Origin: Myxococcota bacterium
GTDB lineage: Bacteria > UBA10199 > JACPAL01 > GCA-016699445
DNA: 64,000 nucleotides
Assembly (NCBI GenBank): GCA_052033505.1
Contig: JBPOJN010000042.1
Coordinates: forward strand, 12,301-76,300
Direction: 5' to 3'
Positions 10,096 to 20,156 of the stretch are shown here, piece after piece. The translations under genes were made by a program, and so were the position numbers. The notes under the pieces were generated by a model. That model worked only from the letters and a program-made list of their open reading frames with translations, did not search any database and had not been told where the DNA came from. The stretch's first letter is position 1. Every line of letters begins with the position of its first letter.

Positions 10096-11841
10096 ATGAA
10101 CCCATCAGCCGAATTTTCCCATCGCACGCGAACAGCGGCGCTTCAGCGCATGCGGAACGAGACCTTCGACCTGCTCGTGATCGGCGGCGGCATCACGGGC
10201 GCCGCGACCGCGCGCGACGCCGCGAGTCGCGGGCTTTCGGTCGCGTTGGTCGAAGCGCGGGATTTTGCGTGGGGGACGTCTTCGCGCAGCTCTAAACTCA
10301 TTCACGGCGGCCTTCGTTATCTTCAGAACATGGAATTAGGCTTGGTGTTCGAGTCGCTATCGGAGCGGTCGTTTTTGCTCAAAACCGTTCCGCACATGGT
10401 GAGGCCGCTGCCTTTTTACATGCCGGTCTATAGAGGCGACCGGCCCAAGAAATTCATCCTGAACTTAGGACTCTGGCTCTACGATCTCTTGGCGTTGGGC
10501 CGCATGCCGAGTTTCCACAAGACTTATTCCGCGAAGAAATTTTTGGAAGCGATCCCGTTTTTGAAAAAAGACGGATTGAAGGGCGGATTCCGTTACTACG
10601 ACGCCAGCATGTGGGACGACGTGCTCGCGGTCGAGACCTTGCGTGAAGCGGCCCGTCTGGGCGCCGCGATCGCCAGCTACACCGAAGCTGTCGCTCCGGT
10701 TTGGGAAAAGGAACGGATTACGGGATTTCAAATCCGCGATAAAGCCACCGGTGAAACTTCGGAACCTTTCACGGTCAAGGCGCGCCAAGTGGTCGTCTGC
10801 GCCGGGCCGTGGACCGATCAGGTCGGCGCGAATCTCTCGCCGCGCTGGAAGCCTTGGTTGAATCCCAGCAAGGGCGTGCATCTTCTCTTCGACCTGAAAA
10901 AAATACCGGTTCCGGGCGCCATGGTCATGAACCATCCGGAGGACGGGCGCATTTCGTTCATCATACCGCGGCCGGATTTCGGCGCGGGTGTCGTCATCGT
11001 GGGCACGACCGACGGTCCCACGCCGCTGGAACCGGAAAAAGCGAAGATCGACCCGGACGACGTGCACTACCTCATGGATTTGTTGCAGCGATATTTTCCG
11101 AACTTGAAACTGACGTCCGCGGATATACTGAGCGCCTATGTCGGCGTGCGTCCGCTCATGGGCGCCCAGTCCAGTACCACCGGCAGTGAAATGACCGCAA
11201 AAGTCTCCGCCGAAGACCTCCAAAAAGTCAGCCGGGAGCATTATATCGGTCACGGTCCCGGCCGTGTCGTCATCGCGGCAGGCGGTAAATACACGACGCA
11301 CCGCCTGATGGCGCGAGAGATCGTCGACGTCGCGTTGAAGACTTGGAAAGAAGACGCGGCTCAAGGCGCGCCCGCATTTCCGGCGAAAGTGGGACCGTCT
11401 CAGACGGACGTGCCGGTCAATCCCCATGCAACTTTAGCCGCGCTCCGAAAAAGTCGCGAAGAAGCAGTCTCGCTCGGATGGACGATTCCGGAGGCTCTTT
11501 GGACCCGCTACGGGGCTGAGGCCTTGGACATCATGAAGATCCACCAAGAATCGCAAAAATCAAATACCATCAACGACCTCGAAGGCTTCCCCTGCCTCGA
11601 AGCCCAGCTTCGCTACGAGATCCGACACGGCATGGTGATAAAGCTCGAAGATTTTTACGTGAGACGGACGTCGCTCTTCGCTTCGAGGCGCGACCACGGA
11701 CTTTCCTGGGCCGAGCGCTTGGCCCAGGTTTGGGCGCAGGAAATGGGATTACCTGAAACTCGGATTTCGCAGGAGGTTAAGAGCCTGCACGACGAAGTGA
11801 AATCTCGCGAATCCTGGCGGGATTCCGTCGCCGGGTCTTAA
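10096..11841 (+). CDS. glpD: FAD-dependent glycerol-3-phosphate dehydrogenase
   Basis: 'DLLVIGGGITGAATARDAASRGLSVALVEARDFAWGTSSRSSKLIHGGLRYL' is the canonical GlpD N-terminus. The length and C-terminal domain are consistent. Confidence 0.9.
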   Translation: MNPSAEFSHRTRTAALQRMRNETFDLLVIGGGITGAATARDAASRGLSVALVEARDFAWGTSSRSSKLIHGGLRYLQNMELGLVFESLSERSFLLKTVPHMVRPLPFYMPVYRGDRPKKFILNLGLWLYDLLALGRMPSFHKTYSAKKFLEAIPFLKKDGLKGGFRYYDASMWDDVLAVETLREAARLGAAIASYTEAVAPVWEKERITGFQIRDKATGETSEPFTVKARQVVVCAGPWTDQVGANLSPRWKPWLNPSKGVHLLFDLKKIPVPGAMVMNHPEDGRISFIIPRPDFGAGVVIVGTTDGPTPLEPEKAKIDPDDVHYLMDLLQRYFPNLKLTSADILSAYVGVRPLMGAQSSTTGSEMTAKVSAEDLQKVSREHYIGHGPGRVVIAAGGKYTTHRLMAREIVDVALKTWKEDAAQGAPAFPAKVGPSQTDVPVNPHATLAALRKSREEAVSLGWTIPEALWTRYGAEALDIMKIHQESQKSNTINDLEGFPCLEAQLRYEIRHGMVIKLEDFYVRRTSLFASRRDHGLSWAERLAQVWAQEMGLPETRISQEVKSLHDEVKSRESWRDSVAGS

Positions 11842-11896
11842 AGTTCCCGTAAAAAGCGATGGCGGGTTTCTAAGTTTTCCTTTAAAAGTCCCACCC

Positions 11897-12283
11897 ATGT
11901 CGATGGCCATCACGCGCGGAATCAAAGTCGAAGTCGAAAGCGAATTCGTCCCCGAACGTTCCAATATCGAAAAAGAAGTCTATTTTTTCGCCTATCACAT
12001 CCGCATCACGAACCAGAGCGAGGATACGGTCAGGCTCTTGAGCCGGCACTGGATCATCACGAACGCGGACGGCAAAAAAGAGGAAGTGCGCGGTCCCGGC
12101 GTTGTCGGTGAGCAGCCGCGGTTAAAGCCAGGTGAATTTTTCGAATATTCGAGCTTCTGCCCGCTCGACACGTCGTTTGGAATGATGCACGGGACCTATC
12201 AGATGGTGAACGGCAACGGAGAAGAGTTCGATATCCTGATCGCGCCGTTTAAATTAGCCCACGAAGAAATACTCTATCACTAA
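11897..12283 (+). CDS. apaG: ApaG (DUF525) protein
   Basis: Matches the ApaG family along its full length: 'FFAYHIRITNQSEDTVRLLSRHWIITNADGKKEEVRGPGVVGEQPRLKPGEFFEYSS'. Confidence 0.9.
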   Translation: MSMAITRGIKVEVESEFVPERSNIEKEVYFFAYHIRITNQSEDTVRLLSRHWIITNADGKKEEVRGPGVVGEQPRLKPGEFFEYSSFCPLDTSFGMMHGTYQMVNGNGEEFDILIAPFKLAHEEILYH

Positions 12284-12549
12284 CGCCCGAACCAGTTCTT
12301 GAGGTTCATCAACCAACGCGAAATCTTCGTTTCTTTGATTTCGTCGGGCGTGCGTTCGGCGCAGAATTTCAGGATCGTTTCCAAATCCTGGCTCTCCAGC
12401 GACTCGCCTTTCATGCGTTTGATGAAGGAAATGCTGACGTCGGCGTCCGCCATGTCCATTTCTTTGATGATGAATTGGGAGGCGGCGTTCGCTGGTTTCG
12501 GCGAAGGTTGAGGATTTTTTTTGCCGGAAGGGCGGTTCGCCATTTTCAA
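12280..12549 (-). CDS. hypothetical small protein
   Basis: The only ORF in this gap. No recognisable domain and no clear RBS. Confidence 0.3.
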   Translation of the reverse strand: MKMANRPSGKKNPQPSPKPANAASQFIIKEMDMADADVSISFIKRMKGESLESQDLETILKFCAERTPDEIKETKISRWLMNLKNWFGR

Positions 12550-12593
12550 AGTCTCAAATACCCTTTTTTAGGTTTTTCGCAAGAAAGAAGACT

Positions 12594-13355
12594 TCATTTT
12601 TTCGGGCCGGTCCGGTGTTTCGCGTAGAGATGATCGCGTCTTTCGATCAAGTCCGCGTATTCGGAAGCGAGCTCGGGGTTGGACCAGATGCGTCGCGTGG
12701 CAGGACCTAGCGGAATCCATGGCCCCTCTACCGGCGAGACGCCCTGGAGCGCGATTGCGCAGAGGATGTCTCCGTAAGAAAAACTCCCGAAGAGGTAATC
12801 GCCGCCGGCCGAACGGTATTTGGTGCGGATATTGTCTAAGAGACTCCGGTAACGTTCCAAAAGGATTTTCTCGGAATCCGGGCCGACTTCGAACTCGCGC
12901 CGGATATAGGCCATGCCCACGTAGGCCATTGGGCGCAGGATTTTGCGAAGAGGTTTGGGCAAAAATCCCAAGGCCTCTTTTTGGGATTCTGGGTCGCGGG
13001 GCATGTGATGCAATACCAAAGCACGTGCGGTGTCCAAGGCGGATTCACAGAGTTCATTCAACTGAAAAATGCCGTGCAGGCATTCGGTGGGGAAAAGTTT
13101 TTCTGCCGACCCTGTACGGTCGGCGTGTTGGGCGATATGGAACGAATCGATGATTTTTTCGTCCTTTGTAAGCAGTGCGGGCACCGTCAGGTCCTTGCGC
13201 AGGAGTCCGAAACGCCAGCGCAATTCCGGCATCCCGAACATCATGAGATGCTCGTGATAACGGTAGGGGATTCTATGGTGGTCCAGGGCCCAGCGGGCTT
13301 TTTCGGTCCAGGGCGAATAACGAATGCCGTAGAGGTGATTTTCAGTCGCGGTCAT
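12594..13355 (-). CDS. glutathione S-transferase-like protein
   Basis: Thioredoxin-like N-terminus 'LYGIRYSPWTEKARWALDHHRIPYRYHEH' followed by a helical C-terminal half. I used the ATG at 13355 rather than the TTG at 13388. Confidence 0.5.
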   Translation of the reverse strand: MTATENHLYGIRYSPWTEKARWALDHHRIPYRYHEHLMMFGMPELRWRFGLLRKDLTVPALLTKDEKIIDSFHIAQHADRTGSAEKLFPTECLHGIFQLNELCESALDTARALVLHHMPRDPESQKEALGFLPKPLRKILRPMAYVGMAYIRREFEVGPDSEKILLERYRSLLDNIRTKYRSAGGDYLFGSFSYGDILCAIALQGVSPVEGPWIPLGPATRRIWSNPELASEYADLIERRDHLYAKHRTGPKK

Positions 13356-13435
13356 AAGTTCTCTCGGACCTAATCCAAAGAAGGGCAAAAAGCGAATGTT
13401 GCTTTTATGTCGGGAGTCGGGAATACGAAACGGCC

Positions 13436-14761
13436 ATGTCTTATAAACAAAAAGTCATCAAAACCCTGCGCGTCCAGAACCAGCAGCAGATCGGCGTCCT
13501 TGCGAGGGTCTTGAACGCCATCGCAGGTGCGGGTGGGGACATCGGCGACATCCGCACCGTCTCGATCGGTACGTTTTCGATGGTCAGGGACATCACCGTC
13601 ATCAGCAGTGGCGAAGAGCAATTAAATCAGATCATCAAAGCCGTCACCGCGATCAAAGAAACTCATCTCGAAGCCGTCATCGACGACGTCATGGAATTGC
13701 ATCGCGGCGGAAAAATCATCATCACACCGCGCCATCCGGTCAAATCCATCGACGACCTGCGCAAAGTCTACACGCCCGGCGTTGCCGCCATCTCGAAGAT
13801 GATCCAGAGCGACCCCAAGACGGCCGATGAGTTTACCGGGATTCGCAGGACCGTGGCCTTAGTCACCAACGGCAGCCGCGTCTTAGGTTTGGGTAATATC
13901 GGGCCCGTCGCCGCTCTTCCCGTCATGGAAGGCAAAGCGGCCCTCTTCGCCCAGTTTTCGGGAATGAACATGGTTCCGATTCTGGTGAATACTTTGGACC
14001 CGAAACAATTCATCGAGACCGTTTGCACAATCGCTTCGGGTTACGGCGCGATCCAACTTGAGGACATTCAAACGCCGGATTGTTTCGAAATCGAAGAGCA
14101 ATTGATCGCGCGTCTTCCGATCCCCGTCATGCACGACGACCAGCACGGCACCGCGGTCGTTTCGCTCGCGGCGGTCATGAACGCCTGCCGGATCGTGGGA
14201 AGAGATTTGATGAAATCGACTGTGGGCCAGATCGGTCTCGGCGCGGCCGGTTCCGCGATCGCGCGGCTGATTATGACCTACACGGGTAAGCCCGTGATCG
14301 GCGAAGACCCTCAGCCTTTGGCCTCCGAACGTTTCCGCCGTATGGGCGGCGAAATCGCGTCCTCCGTCGAGGAGATCATGCAAAAATCCGACATCGTGAT
14401 TTCGACGACCGGCCAGGCCGGGTTGATCGAGCCTCAATGGGTACGCAAAGGCCAGATCATCTTGGCGCTTTCGAATCCCTACCCCGAAATCTCGATCGCC
14501 GAGGCCTTGACCGCCGGCGCGGGATTCGCGAGCGACGGCAGCCGCGTAAATAATTTATTGGGTTATCCGGGACTCCTCAAAGGCGCTATCCAAGCCCGCG
14601 CCCCCAAGATGACCCACGAAATGTACATCGCCGCCGCCAAAGCGATCGTCCGTCACACGCCCGAAGGCGAACTCGTGCCGGACCCGCTCGATTCCACCCT
14701 GCACGACCGCGTCGCGAAGTCGGTCGCGGAAGCGGCTTTGGCCTCTCTCAAGCCCTCCTAA
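13436..14761 (+). CDS. malic enzyme with N-terminal ACT domain
   Basis: ACT-like 'LRVQNQQQIGVLARVLNAIAGAGGDIGDI', then malic-enzyme motifs 'VYTPGVA', 'VTNGSRVLGLGNIGP..LPVMEGKAALF', '[10 protein letters not shown]'. Confidence 0.85.
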   Translation: MSYKQKVIKTLRVQNQQQIGVLARVLNAIAGAGGDIGDIRTVSIGTFSMVRDITVISSGEEQLNQIIKAVTAIKETHLEAVIDDVMELHRGGKIIITPRHPVKSIDDLRKVYTPGVAAISKMIQSDPKTADEFTGIRRTVALVTNGSRVLGLGNIGPVAALPVMEGKAALFAQFSGMNMVPILVNTLDPKQFIETVCTIASGYGAIQLEDIQTPDCFEIEEQLIARLPIPVMHDDQHGTAVVSLAAVMNACRIVGRDLMKSTVGQIGLGAAGSAIARLIMTYTGKPVIGEDPQPLASERFRRMGGEIASSVEEIMQKSDIVISTTGQAGLIEPQWVRKGQIILALSNPYPEISIAEALTAGAGFASDGSRVNNLLGYPGLLKGAIQARAPKMTHEMYIAAAKAIVRHTPEGELVPDPLDSTLHDRVAKSVAEAALASLKPS

Positions 14762-14806
14762 GCCCTCTTGACTCCTCCTCCGCCTTCGAGCGATATCCGG
14801 GACCCT

Positions 14807-16078
14807 ATGATTACACCCAAAGAAGCCCTCGAATATCATTCGCGCGACAGAAAAGGGAAAATCGAAGTCGTTCCCTCTAAACCCTGCGAGACGCAAAAAG
14901 ATCTTTCAATGGCTTATACTCCGGGCGTCGCCGAGCCATGCCGGGAGATCGAAAAAGATCCCGCGAAATCTTTTGAATACACCGCCCGCGGAAATCTGGT
15001 CGCCGTCATTACGAACGGGACGGCTGTACTGGGCTTGGGTGACATCGGCCCCGCCGCCGCGAAACCGGTCATGGAAGGCAAGGGCGTTCTTTTCAAGAAA
15101 TTCGCCGATATCGACGTCTTCGACATCGAACTCGATGCCCGTGATCCCATCACCTTTATCAGTGTCGTCAAGGCCATGGAGCCCACGTTCGGCGGCATCA
15201 ACCTCGAAGATATCAAAGCCCCGGAATGTTTTTTCATCGAAGAAAAATTGATCGAGGCCCTGTCGATTCCCGTGTTCCATGACGACCAGCACGGCACGGC
15301 CGTGATCACGGCGGCGGGGCTCATGAACGCTCTCGAGATCCAGGGGAAAGACGTCAAAAACATCCGCGTGGTCTTCTCCGGCGCCGGTGCGGCCGCGATT
15401 GCCTGCGCGAAGTTGATCATGGAGCTCGGCGTCTCGAAGGACCAGATCACGTTGATCGACCGCCAAGGCGTGGTTTACGAAGGCCGGTCGAATATGGAAC
15501 CGATTCGCGGATTTTTCGCGAAGCCGACGGCGATGCGCACTCTTGAAGACGCGATGAAGGACGCGGACGTCTTCGTCGGCGTGTCGAACAAAGATTTGGT
15601 CACGCCGGCCATGGTTCGCAGCATGGCGCCGAAGGCGATCGTGTTTGCGATGGCGAATCCCGATCCCGAAATCGGCTATCACGCCGCGAAGGAAGTCCGG
15701 CCCGACATCATCATGGCGACGGGGCGCTCGGATTTCCCGAATCAGGTCAATAACGTCCTGGGCTTTCCGTTCATTTTCCGGGGGACTTTGGACGTCGGGG
15801 CGACCCGCATCAACGGCGCGATGAAGCTCGCGGCCGCGAAGGCCTTGGCGGATCTGGCGAAAGAAGAAGTGCCTGAAGACGTCTGCCGGGCTTACGGAGT
15901 TTCGAAATTGAAATTCGGTCCTGACTACATCATCCCTAAACCCTTCGACCCGCGCGTTTTATTGTGGGAAGCGCCGGCGGTGGCGGAAGCTGCGATCCTG
16001 AGCGGTGTCGCTCGCAATCCCTACGCGAGCAAAGAAGCCTACCGGCGTTCGTTGGAAGATTTGCTGGCCAAGCGCTAA
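14807..16078 (+). CDS. NAD(P)-dependent malic enzyme (MaeB N-terminal-type, no PTA domain)
   Basis: 'ALEYHS..KGKIEV', '[10 protein letters not shown]', '[30 protein letters not shown]', '[11 protein letters not shown]'. I preferred the ATG at 14807 to the TTG at 14768. Confidence 0.9.
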   Translation: MITPKEALEYHSRDRKGKIEVVPSKPCETQKDLSMAYTPGVAEPCREIEKDPAKSFEYTARGNLVAVITNGTAVLGLGDIGPAAAKPVMEGKGVLFKKFADIDVFDIELDARDPITFISVVKAMEPTFGGINLEDIKAPECFFIEEKLIEALSIPVFHDDQHGTAVITAAGLMNALEIQGKDVKNIRVVFSGAGAAAIACAKLIMELGVSKDQITLIDRQGVVYEGRSNMEPIRGFFAKPTAMRTLEDAMKDADVFVGVSNKDLVTPAMVRSMAPKAIVFAMANPDPEIGYHAAKEVRPDIIMATGRSDFPNQVNNVLGFPFIFRGTLDVGATRINGAMKLAAAKALADLAKEEVPEDVCRAYGVSKLKFGPDYIIPKPFDPRVLLWEAPAVAEAAILSGVARNPYASKEAYRRSLEDLLAKR

Positions 16079-16079
16079 A

Positions 16080-17555
16080 CTACCCCAGCCACTTCATCAC
16101 GAGCTCGATCATTTTCTTAACCTTCGGCGTGTACGGGGGATAGAACATCTTAATCGTTTCGAGAGGTCCCTGCCTTAAGACGCCGCGTTCGTGCGAGAGC
16201 GTCTTGAACCCGAAAAATCCGTGATAATTGCCCATGCCGCTCTGTCCCACGCCGCCGAAAGGCAGCTCGGGATTTGCGAGGTGCAGCATCAGCGTGTTCA
16301 CGCAGGCGCCGCCGGACGTCGTTTCCCTCAAGACCTTGTCGACGTTCTTGTCGTTTCGGGAAAACATGTAGAGAGCCAGCGGTTTTTCGCGTGATTGGAT
16401 AAGCGCGATCGCCTGATCCAAATCGCGGTAAGCCACCAGAGGCAGGATCGGTCCGAAGATCTCTTCGCGCATGAGCGCGGAGTCCTTCGTCACGTCGGTG
16501 ACCAAGGTCGGAGCGAAATAGCGCGCGGCCGGATCTGTTTGACCGCCGAAGGCGATTTTGGCTCCCTGGCGCACGCTTTCGTCCAAAATCTTTTTCAATC
16601 CTTCCAGATGCTGCTGCGTGACGAGGCGGCAGTAGTCGGGGCTTTTTTCGCGATCTACGTCGGCGGCGCCGTAACGCGCGGCGATGACCTTCCGCGCGGC
16701 CTCGACGAATTTTTCTTTTTGAGACTCATGAATCATCACGTAGTCGGGAGCCACACAGGTCTGGCCTGCATTGATGAATTTGCCCCACAGGATACGCGAA
16801 GCGGCCTTTTCGACGTCCGCCGTCTCGTCCACGATGACCGGTGACTTTCCGCCCAGCTCGAGCGTGACGGGAGTCAGGTGTTTCGCCGCCGCCGCCATTA
16901 TTTTTTTGCCGACCGGCGGGCTGCCCGTGAAGAAAATATGATCGAACTTCATTTCGAGTAGGTAGTCCGCGACTTCCGGTCCGCCTTCGATGACAGCGAT
17001 TTCTTCCTCGGGAAACACGTCGCCTAAGAGTGTTTTCAAAAACACCGCCGTATGCGCCGTCTTCGAGGAGGGTTTCAAGATCACGCAGTTTCCCGCCGCG
17101 ATCGCTGCCGCCACGGGCGCCATCGAGAGTTGGAACGGGTAATTCCAGGGGGACAAAATCAGCACGACGCCCTTGGGTTCGTAGACGATTTCGCTGCGTG
17201 TGCCGAACAAGGTCAAAGGGGCGGCGACGTGATGGGGTTTCATCCAAGATTTGAGGTGCTTGATGATGTCGGTGATTTCCGAGAGCACGAGATGGATTTC
17301 GGTCAGGTCGACTTCGCTGGGGTTTTTGCGGAAGTCTTTATAGATCGCGGCATGAAGTTCCGGCCGGCGCGCCCAGATCGCCGCGTGGAGTTTTTTGAGC
17401 TTCGCGATGCGTTCGGCGGCCGTGGTCGTCGCGAGGCGCCAGCGTGCGGCTTGTTGCAGGCGGTAAATTCGGTCACAGTCCTCGCGCCAATTCGCCGAGA
17501 GGGAAGTGTCATTGTTTTTAACGGCCGAAGAAGCCGAAGAAATCGATGCGCTCAT
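16080..17555 (-). CDS. aldehyde dehydrogenase, class-3-like (fatty/aromatic aldehyde type)
   Basis: 'ELGGKSP' and 'FINAGQTCVAPDY' are the catalytic Glu and Cys motifs. The length and the 'PFGGVGQSGMGNYHG' tail fit the ALDH3 family. Confidence 0.85.
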   Translation of the reverse strand: MSASISSASSAVKNNDTSLSANWREDCDRIYRLQQAARWRLATTTAAERIAKLKKLHAAIWARRPELHAAIYKDFRKNPSEVDLTEIHLVLSEITDIIKHLKSWMKPHHVAAPLTLFGTRSEIVYEPKGVVLILSPWNYPFQLSMAPVAAAIAAGNCVILKPSSKTAHTAVFLKTLLGDVFPEEEIAVIEGGPEVADYLLEMKFDHIFFTGSPPVGKKIMAAAAKHLTPVTLELGGKSPVIVDETADVEKAASRILWGKFINAGQTCVAPDYVMIHESQKEKFVEAARKVIAARYGAADVDREKSPDYCRLVTQQHLEGLKKILDESVRQGAKIAFGGQTDPAARYFAPTLVTDVTKDSALMREEIFGPILPLVAYRDLDQAIALIQSREKPLALYMFSRNDKNVDKVLRETTSGGACVNTLMLHLANPELPFGGVGQSGMGNYHGFFGFKTLSHERGVLRQGPLETIKMFYPPYTPKVKKMIELVMKWLG

Positions 17556-17662
17556 GCGGTGTCTCCTTAAAATGGGTAAGCGTGCCCATCGTAATGGATT
17601 CGCTCCGCTGCCGCAATCTCGTTTGTCTTGCTCAGGGCCGATTTTTGTAGTGCTGAAGGGGC

Positions 17663-18112
17663 ATGAAAGTCGTTTTGTTTCGGCCCGAAATCCCCCAAAA
17701 TACCGGCAACATCGGCCGCCTTTGCGTCGCGACGCAAACCGAGCTCTACCTCGTCCGTCCCATGGGATTTTTCATCGATTCGAAAGAGATCCGGCGCTCG
17801 GGTTTGGATTACTGGGAACATCTGAAATACAAAGTCGTCGCCGATTTGGAAGAGGTGAGGGCCGAAAACCCAGGCGCGAGGCTTTGGTATCTGAGCACGA
17901 AGGGAAAGACGTATTACACCCAGGTTTCCTACCACCCCGACGACATACTGGTTTTTGGCTCCGAAGGCTCGGGTTTGCCGGCCGAAATCCTCGAAAAGAA
18001 CGCGCCCTCCGTCCTGACGATCCCCCAATGGGGGCCGGTTCGAAGTTTAAACCTCGCGACGGCCGTGGGGATCGTGCTTTATGAAGGGTACAGGCAAGTA
18101 AGATCCTGCTGA
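17663..18112 (+). CDS. trmL: tRNA (cytidine/uridine-2'-O)-methyltransferase TrmL (SpoU family)
   Basis: 'VLFRPEIPQNTGNIGRLC', 'LVFGSEGSGLP' and 'SLNLATAVGIVLYE' in a 149-aa protein. Confidence 0.85.
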   Translation: MKVVLFRPEIPQNTGNIGRLCVATQTELYLVRPMGFFIDSKEIRRSGLDYWEHLKYKVVADLEEVRAENPGARLWYLSTKGKTYYTQVSYHPDDILVFGSEGSGLPAEILEKNAPSVLTIPQWGPVRSLNLATAVGIVLYEGYRQVRSC

Positions 18113-18211
18113 TGCCCCAGAGATAATCATTTCGAGGAGTTGAGAGATTTCAGGAAACCTTTTTTTCCATTGAGCGATGTGACTTGAGTTCATCCTCAAG
18201 AGGTTATCTTT

Positions 18212-19009
18212 ATGGCGTCTCTTTCCAAGGTCAGTGAAATCGGGGGCATCGCGGAAATGATCCGTTCCGCGATGAATCAATGTTCCGGCCACCAGCCCAC
18301 GGCTGAGATCCTGAGATTTATGAAGGGCCACGAAGCGATCCATGCCTCCCAGCCGAGTCTCCCTTTTTTTGAAAATCTTTGCGCCTTGGTGAAAGGATCT
18401 CAACCGGTAACGGACAGCGCCTTTTCCCAAAGTCTTTATGCAGCCTGCTCGGAGGTCATAAACATCGCCGGAGATTCCGACAGGGATCATCTCGAAGCGG
18501 CCGCGCGACGTTTCAAGAGGAGCGTCCTAGGGGGAACGCCGGTAGAGGGAGGTTCCATCCCAAATTTGGAACATTCCGCCTTGGCGTCCCTCGGTACGAT
18601 CGGTGATGCTTTCCTCAAAACGATTCTGGCGGAATTAAGCAAATTACAAGAGACGGAATCGGCACTCAGCAAGTTTTTTAAAGATACGGGTAATGCGACA
18701 AAGCTCAGTCGCTTATTTTCGGCACAGGTCGATTTGATTTATACGATGAATCACGATTTTCTTAATTTCAGCAAAGGACTCAAGCCATCCGATGTTTTTT
18801 TTCGGGACATTTTAGCCGACTTAAAAGGGTTCAAAGAAAGTTTGTCGATCTTGGAAAGGTTCGATTGCGATGAGGTCGATGTTTCGGATGGGATTCCACG
18901 CTCGGAACCACAGGAAGAACTGCGATCCTTGGTCCAAAGATTCAAAGAAAATATCGGGAATTTGCGGGGTCATGTTTTATCCCTGCAAAAAGCCATGGGG
19001 AGTAGCTAA
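18212..19009 (+). CDS. hypothetical protein
   Basis: Long ORF with coding-like composition and no recognised domain. Confidence 0.4.
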   Translation: MASLSKVSEIGGIAEMIRSAMNQCSGHQPTAEILRFMKGHEAIHASQPSLPFFENLCALVKGSQPVTDSAFSQSLYAACSEVINIAGDSDRDHLEAAARRFKRSVLGGTPVEGGSIPNLEHSALASLGTIGDAFLKTILAELSKLQETESALSKFFKDTGNATKLSRLFSAQVDLIYTMNHDFLNFSKGLKPSDVFFRDILADLKGFKESLSILERFDCDEVDVSDGIPRSEPQEELRSLVQRFKENIGNLRGHVLSLQKAMGSS

Positions 19010-20019
19010 GCCGCGCCGACGAATCCGCACACCGTCTCCACCCAAGCCGGGTGATCGTTAAGCGAAGGAATTAACCTCAAATCCTCAGCCCCCGCCGCCA
19101 GCGCCGATTCGCGCGCGCGGATGCCGATTTCTTCCAAAGTCTCCAAACAATCCGCCACGAAGGCCGGACAGAAAACCGCGATGCGTTTTTTGCCGTGGGC
19201 GACGAGTTCCGGGATCACGAGATCCGTGTAGGGCTTAAGCCAGGGCGTGCGCCCGAGGCGCGATTGAAAGGCCACGCTGCAGAGATCGTCGGGAATACCT
19301 AAGCTTTTTTTGATCGCATGCGCGGTTTTGAACGCATGCGCGCGGTAACAGTAGGGGACCTTGTCGTTCGGATAATCGCAGCATTCGTCGAATTTCAGGC
19401 AATGTTTCCCGGTCGGATCGCTCTTGAGAATGTGACGTTCGGGTAATCCGTGAAAACTGAAGAGCACGTGATCGGGTCTCAGGTCTTTCAAGACCGGCTC
19501 AGAGACCTGAACGAAAGACTCGATGAATCCCGGATGATCGAAAAACGGCGGCAGGATTTTGACGAGCGGGGCGTTCCAGTAACTTTTCGCGATCCGGTAG
19601 ACTTCCGCAATCGCCGATCCGAAGGACGACGTCGCGTATTGGGGGAAAAGCGGCAGGACACGGATCTCGGAGACGTTTTTTTGGATCAATTCTTTGAGTC
19701 CCGAAGCGATGGAAGGCCGGCCGTAACGCATGCCTACTGCGACGGCGTATTTCGGGCCTAAGGCCTCGGAGACGCGTTTCGCCAAGTTTTGGGTGTGAAA
19801 TAAAAGCGGCGAACCTTCCGGGAGCCAGATTTTGCGGTAAGCTTCGGCGGATTTGGGCGAACGAAAGGGGACGATGATGGCGTTTACCAATAATGCCCGG
19901 GCAATCGGGGAAATATCGATAACCAAAGGGTCCGATAAAAATTCGCGTAAATATTTTCGCACCGCCGGAGTTTCCGGGGCGTCGGGAGTGCCTAAATTGA
20001 TGAGAAGGATGCCGATCAT
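19006..20019 (-). CDS. hemH: ferrochelatase
   Basis: 'GILLINLGTPDAPETPAVRKYLREFLSDPLVIDI' and 'FSFHGLPE' are canonical HemH motifs. Confidence 0.9.
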   Translation of the reverse strand: MIGILLINLGTPDAPETPAVRKYLREFLSDPLVIDISPIARALLVNAIIVPFRSPKSAEAYRKIWLPEGSPLLFHTQNLAKRVSEALGPKYAVAVGMRYGRPSIASGLKELIQKNVSEIRVLPLFPQYATSSFGSAIAEVYRIAKSYWNAPLVKILPPFFDHPGFIESFVQVSEPVLKDLRPDHVLFSFHGLPERHILKSDPTGKHCLKFDECCDYPNDKVPYCYRAHAFKTAHAIKKSLGIPDDLCSVAFQSRLGRTPWLKPYTDLVIPELVAHGKKRIAVFCPAFVADCLETLEEIGIRARESALAAGAEDLRLIPSLNDHPAWVETVCGFVGAA

Positions 20020-20156
20020 AGTTTTTTCTCGAAAGTTTGGTGGATCAAATCATGGATCTCCGGCCGGAAAATTTTGATCTTCTCGTTCGCCGAAGAGGGA
20101 TGCACACGGTTCGTCAATAAAATCACCTGAAACGCGCGGGCCAAATCCAGCCAGAA

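Noticed and set aside
10465-11427. Long antisense ORF (320 aa) inside glpD. Similar long shadow ORFs occur at 14906..15682, 16395..16844, 17052..17570, 13883..14437, 45456..46178, 51574..52176 and 53119..53712.
   Set aside because: They are Arg/Gly/His-rich with no motifs, and they lie entirely opposite genes with strong family signatures. These are typical GC-rich shadow ORFs.
16080-17555. Linking the ALDH3-type aldehyde dehydrogenase to the ether-lipid operon (fatty aldehyde metabolism).
   Set aside because: It lies 6 kb away behind unrelated genes (apaG, GST, malic enzymes) on a separate transcription unit. There is no positional support.
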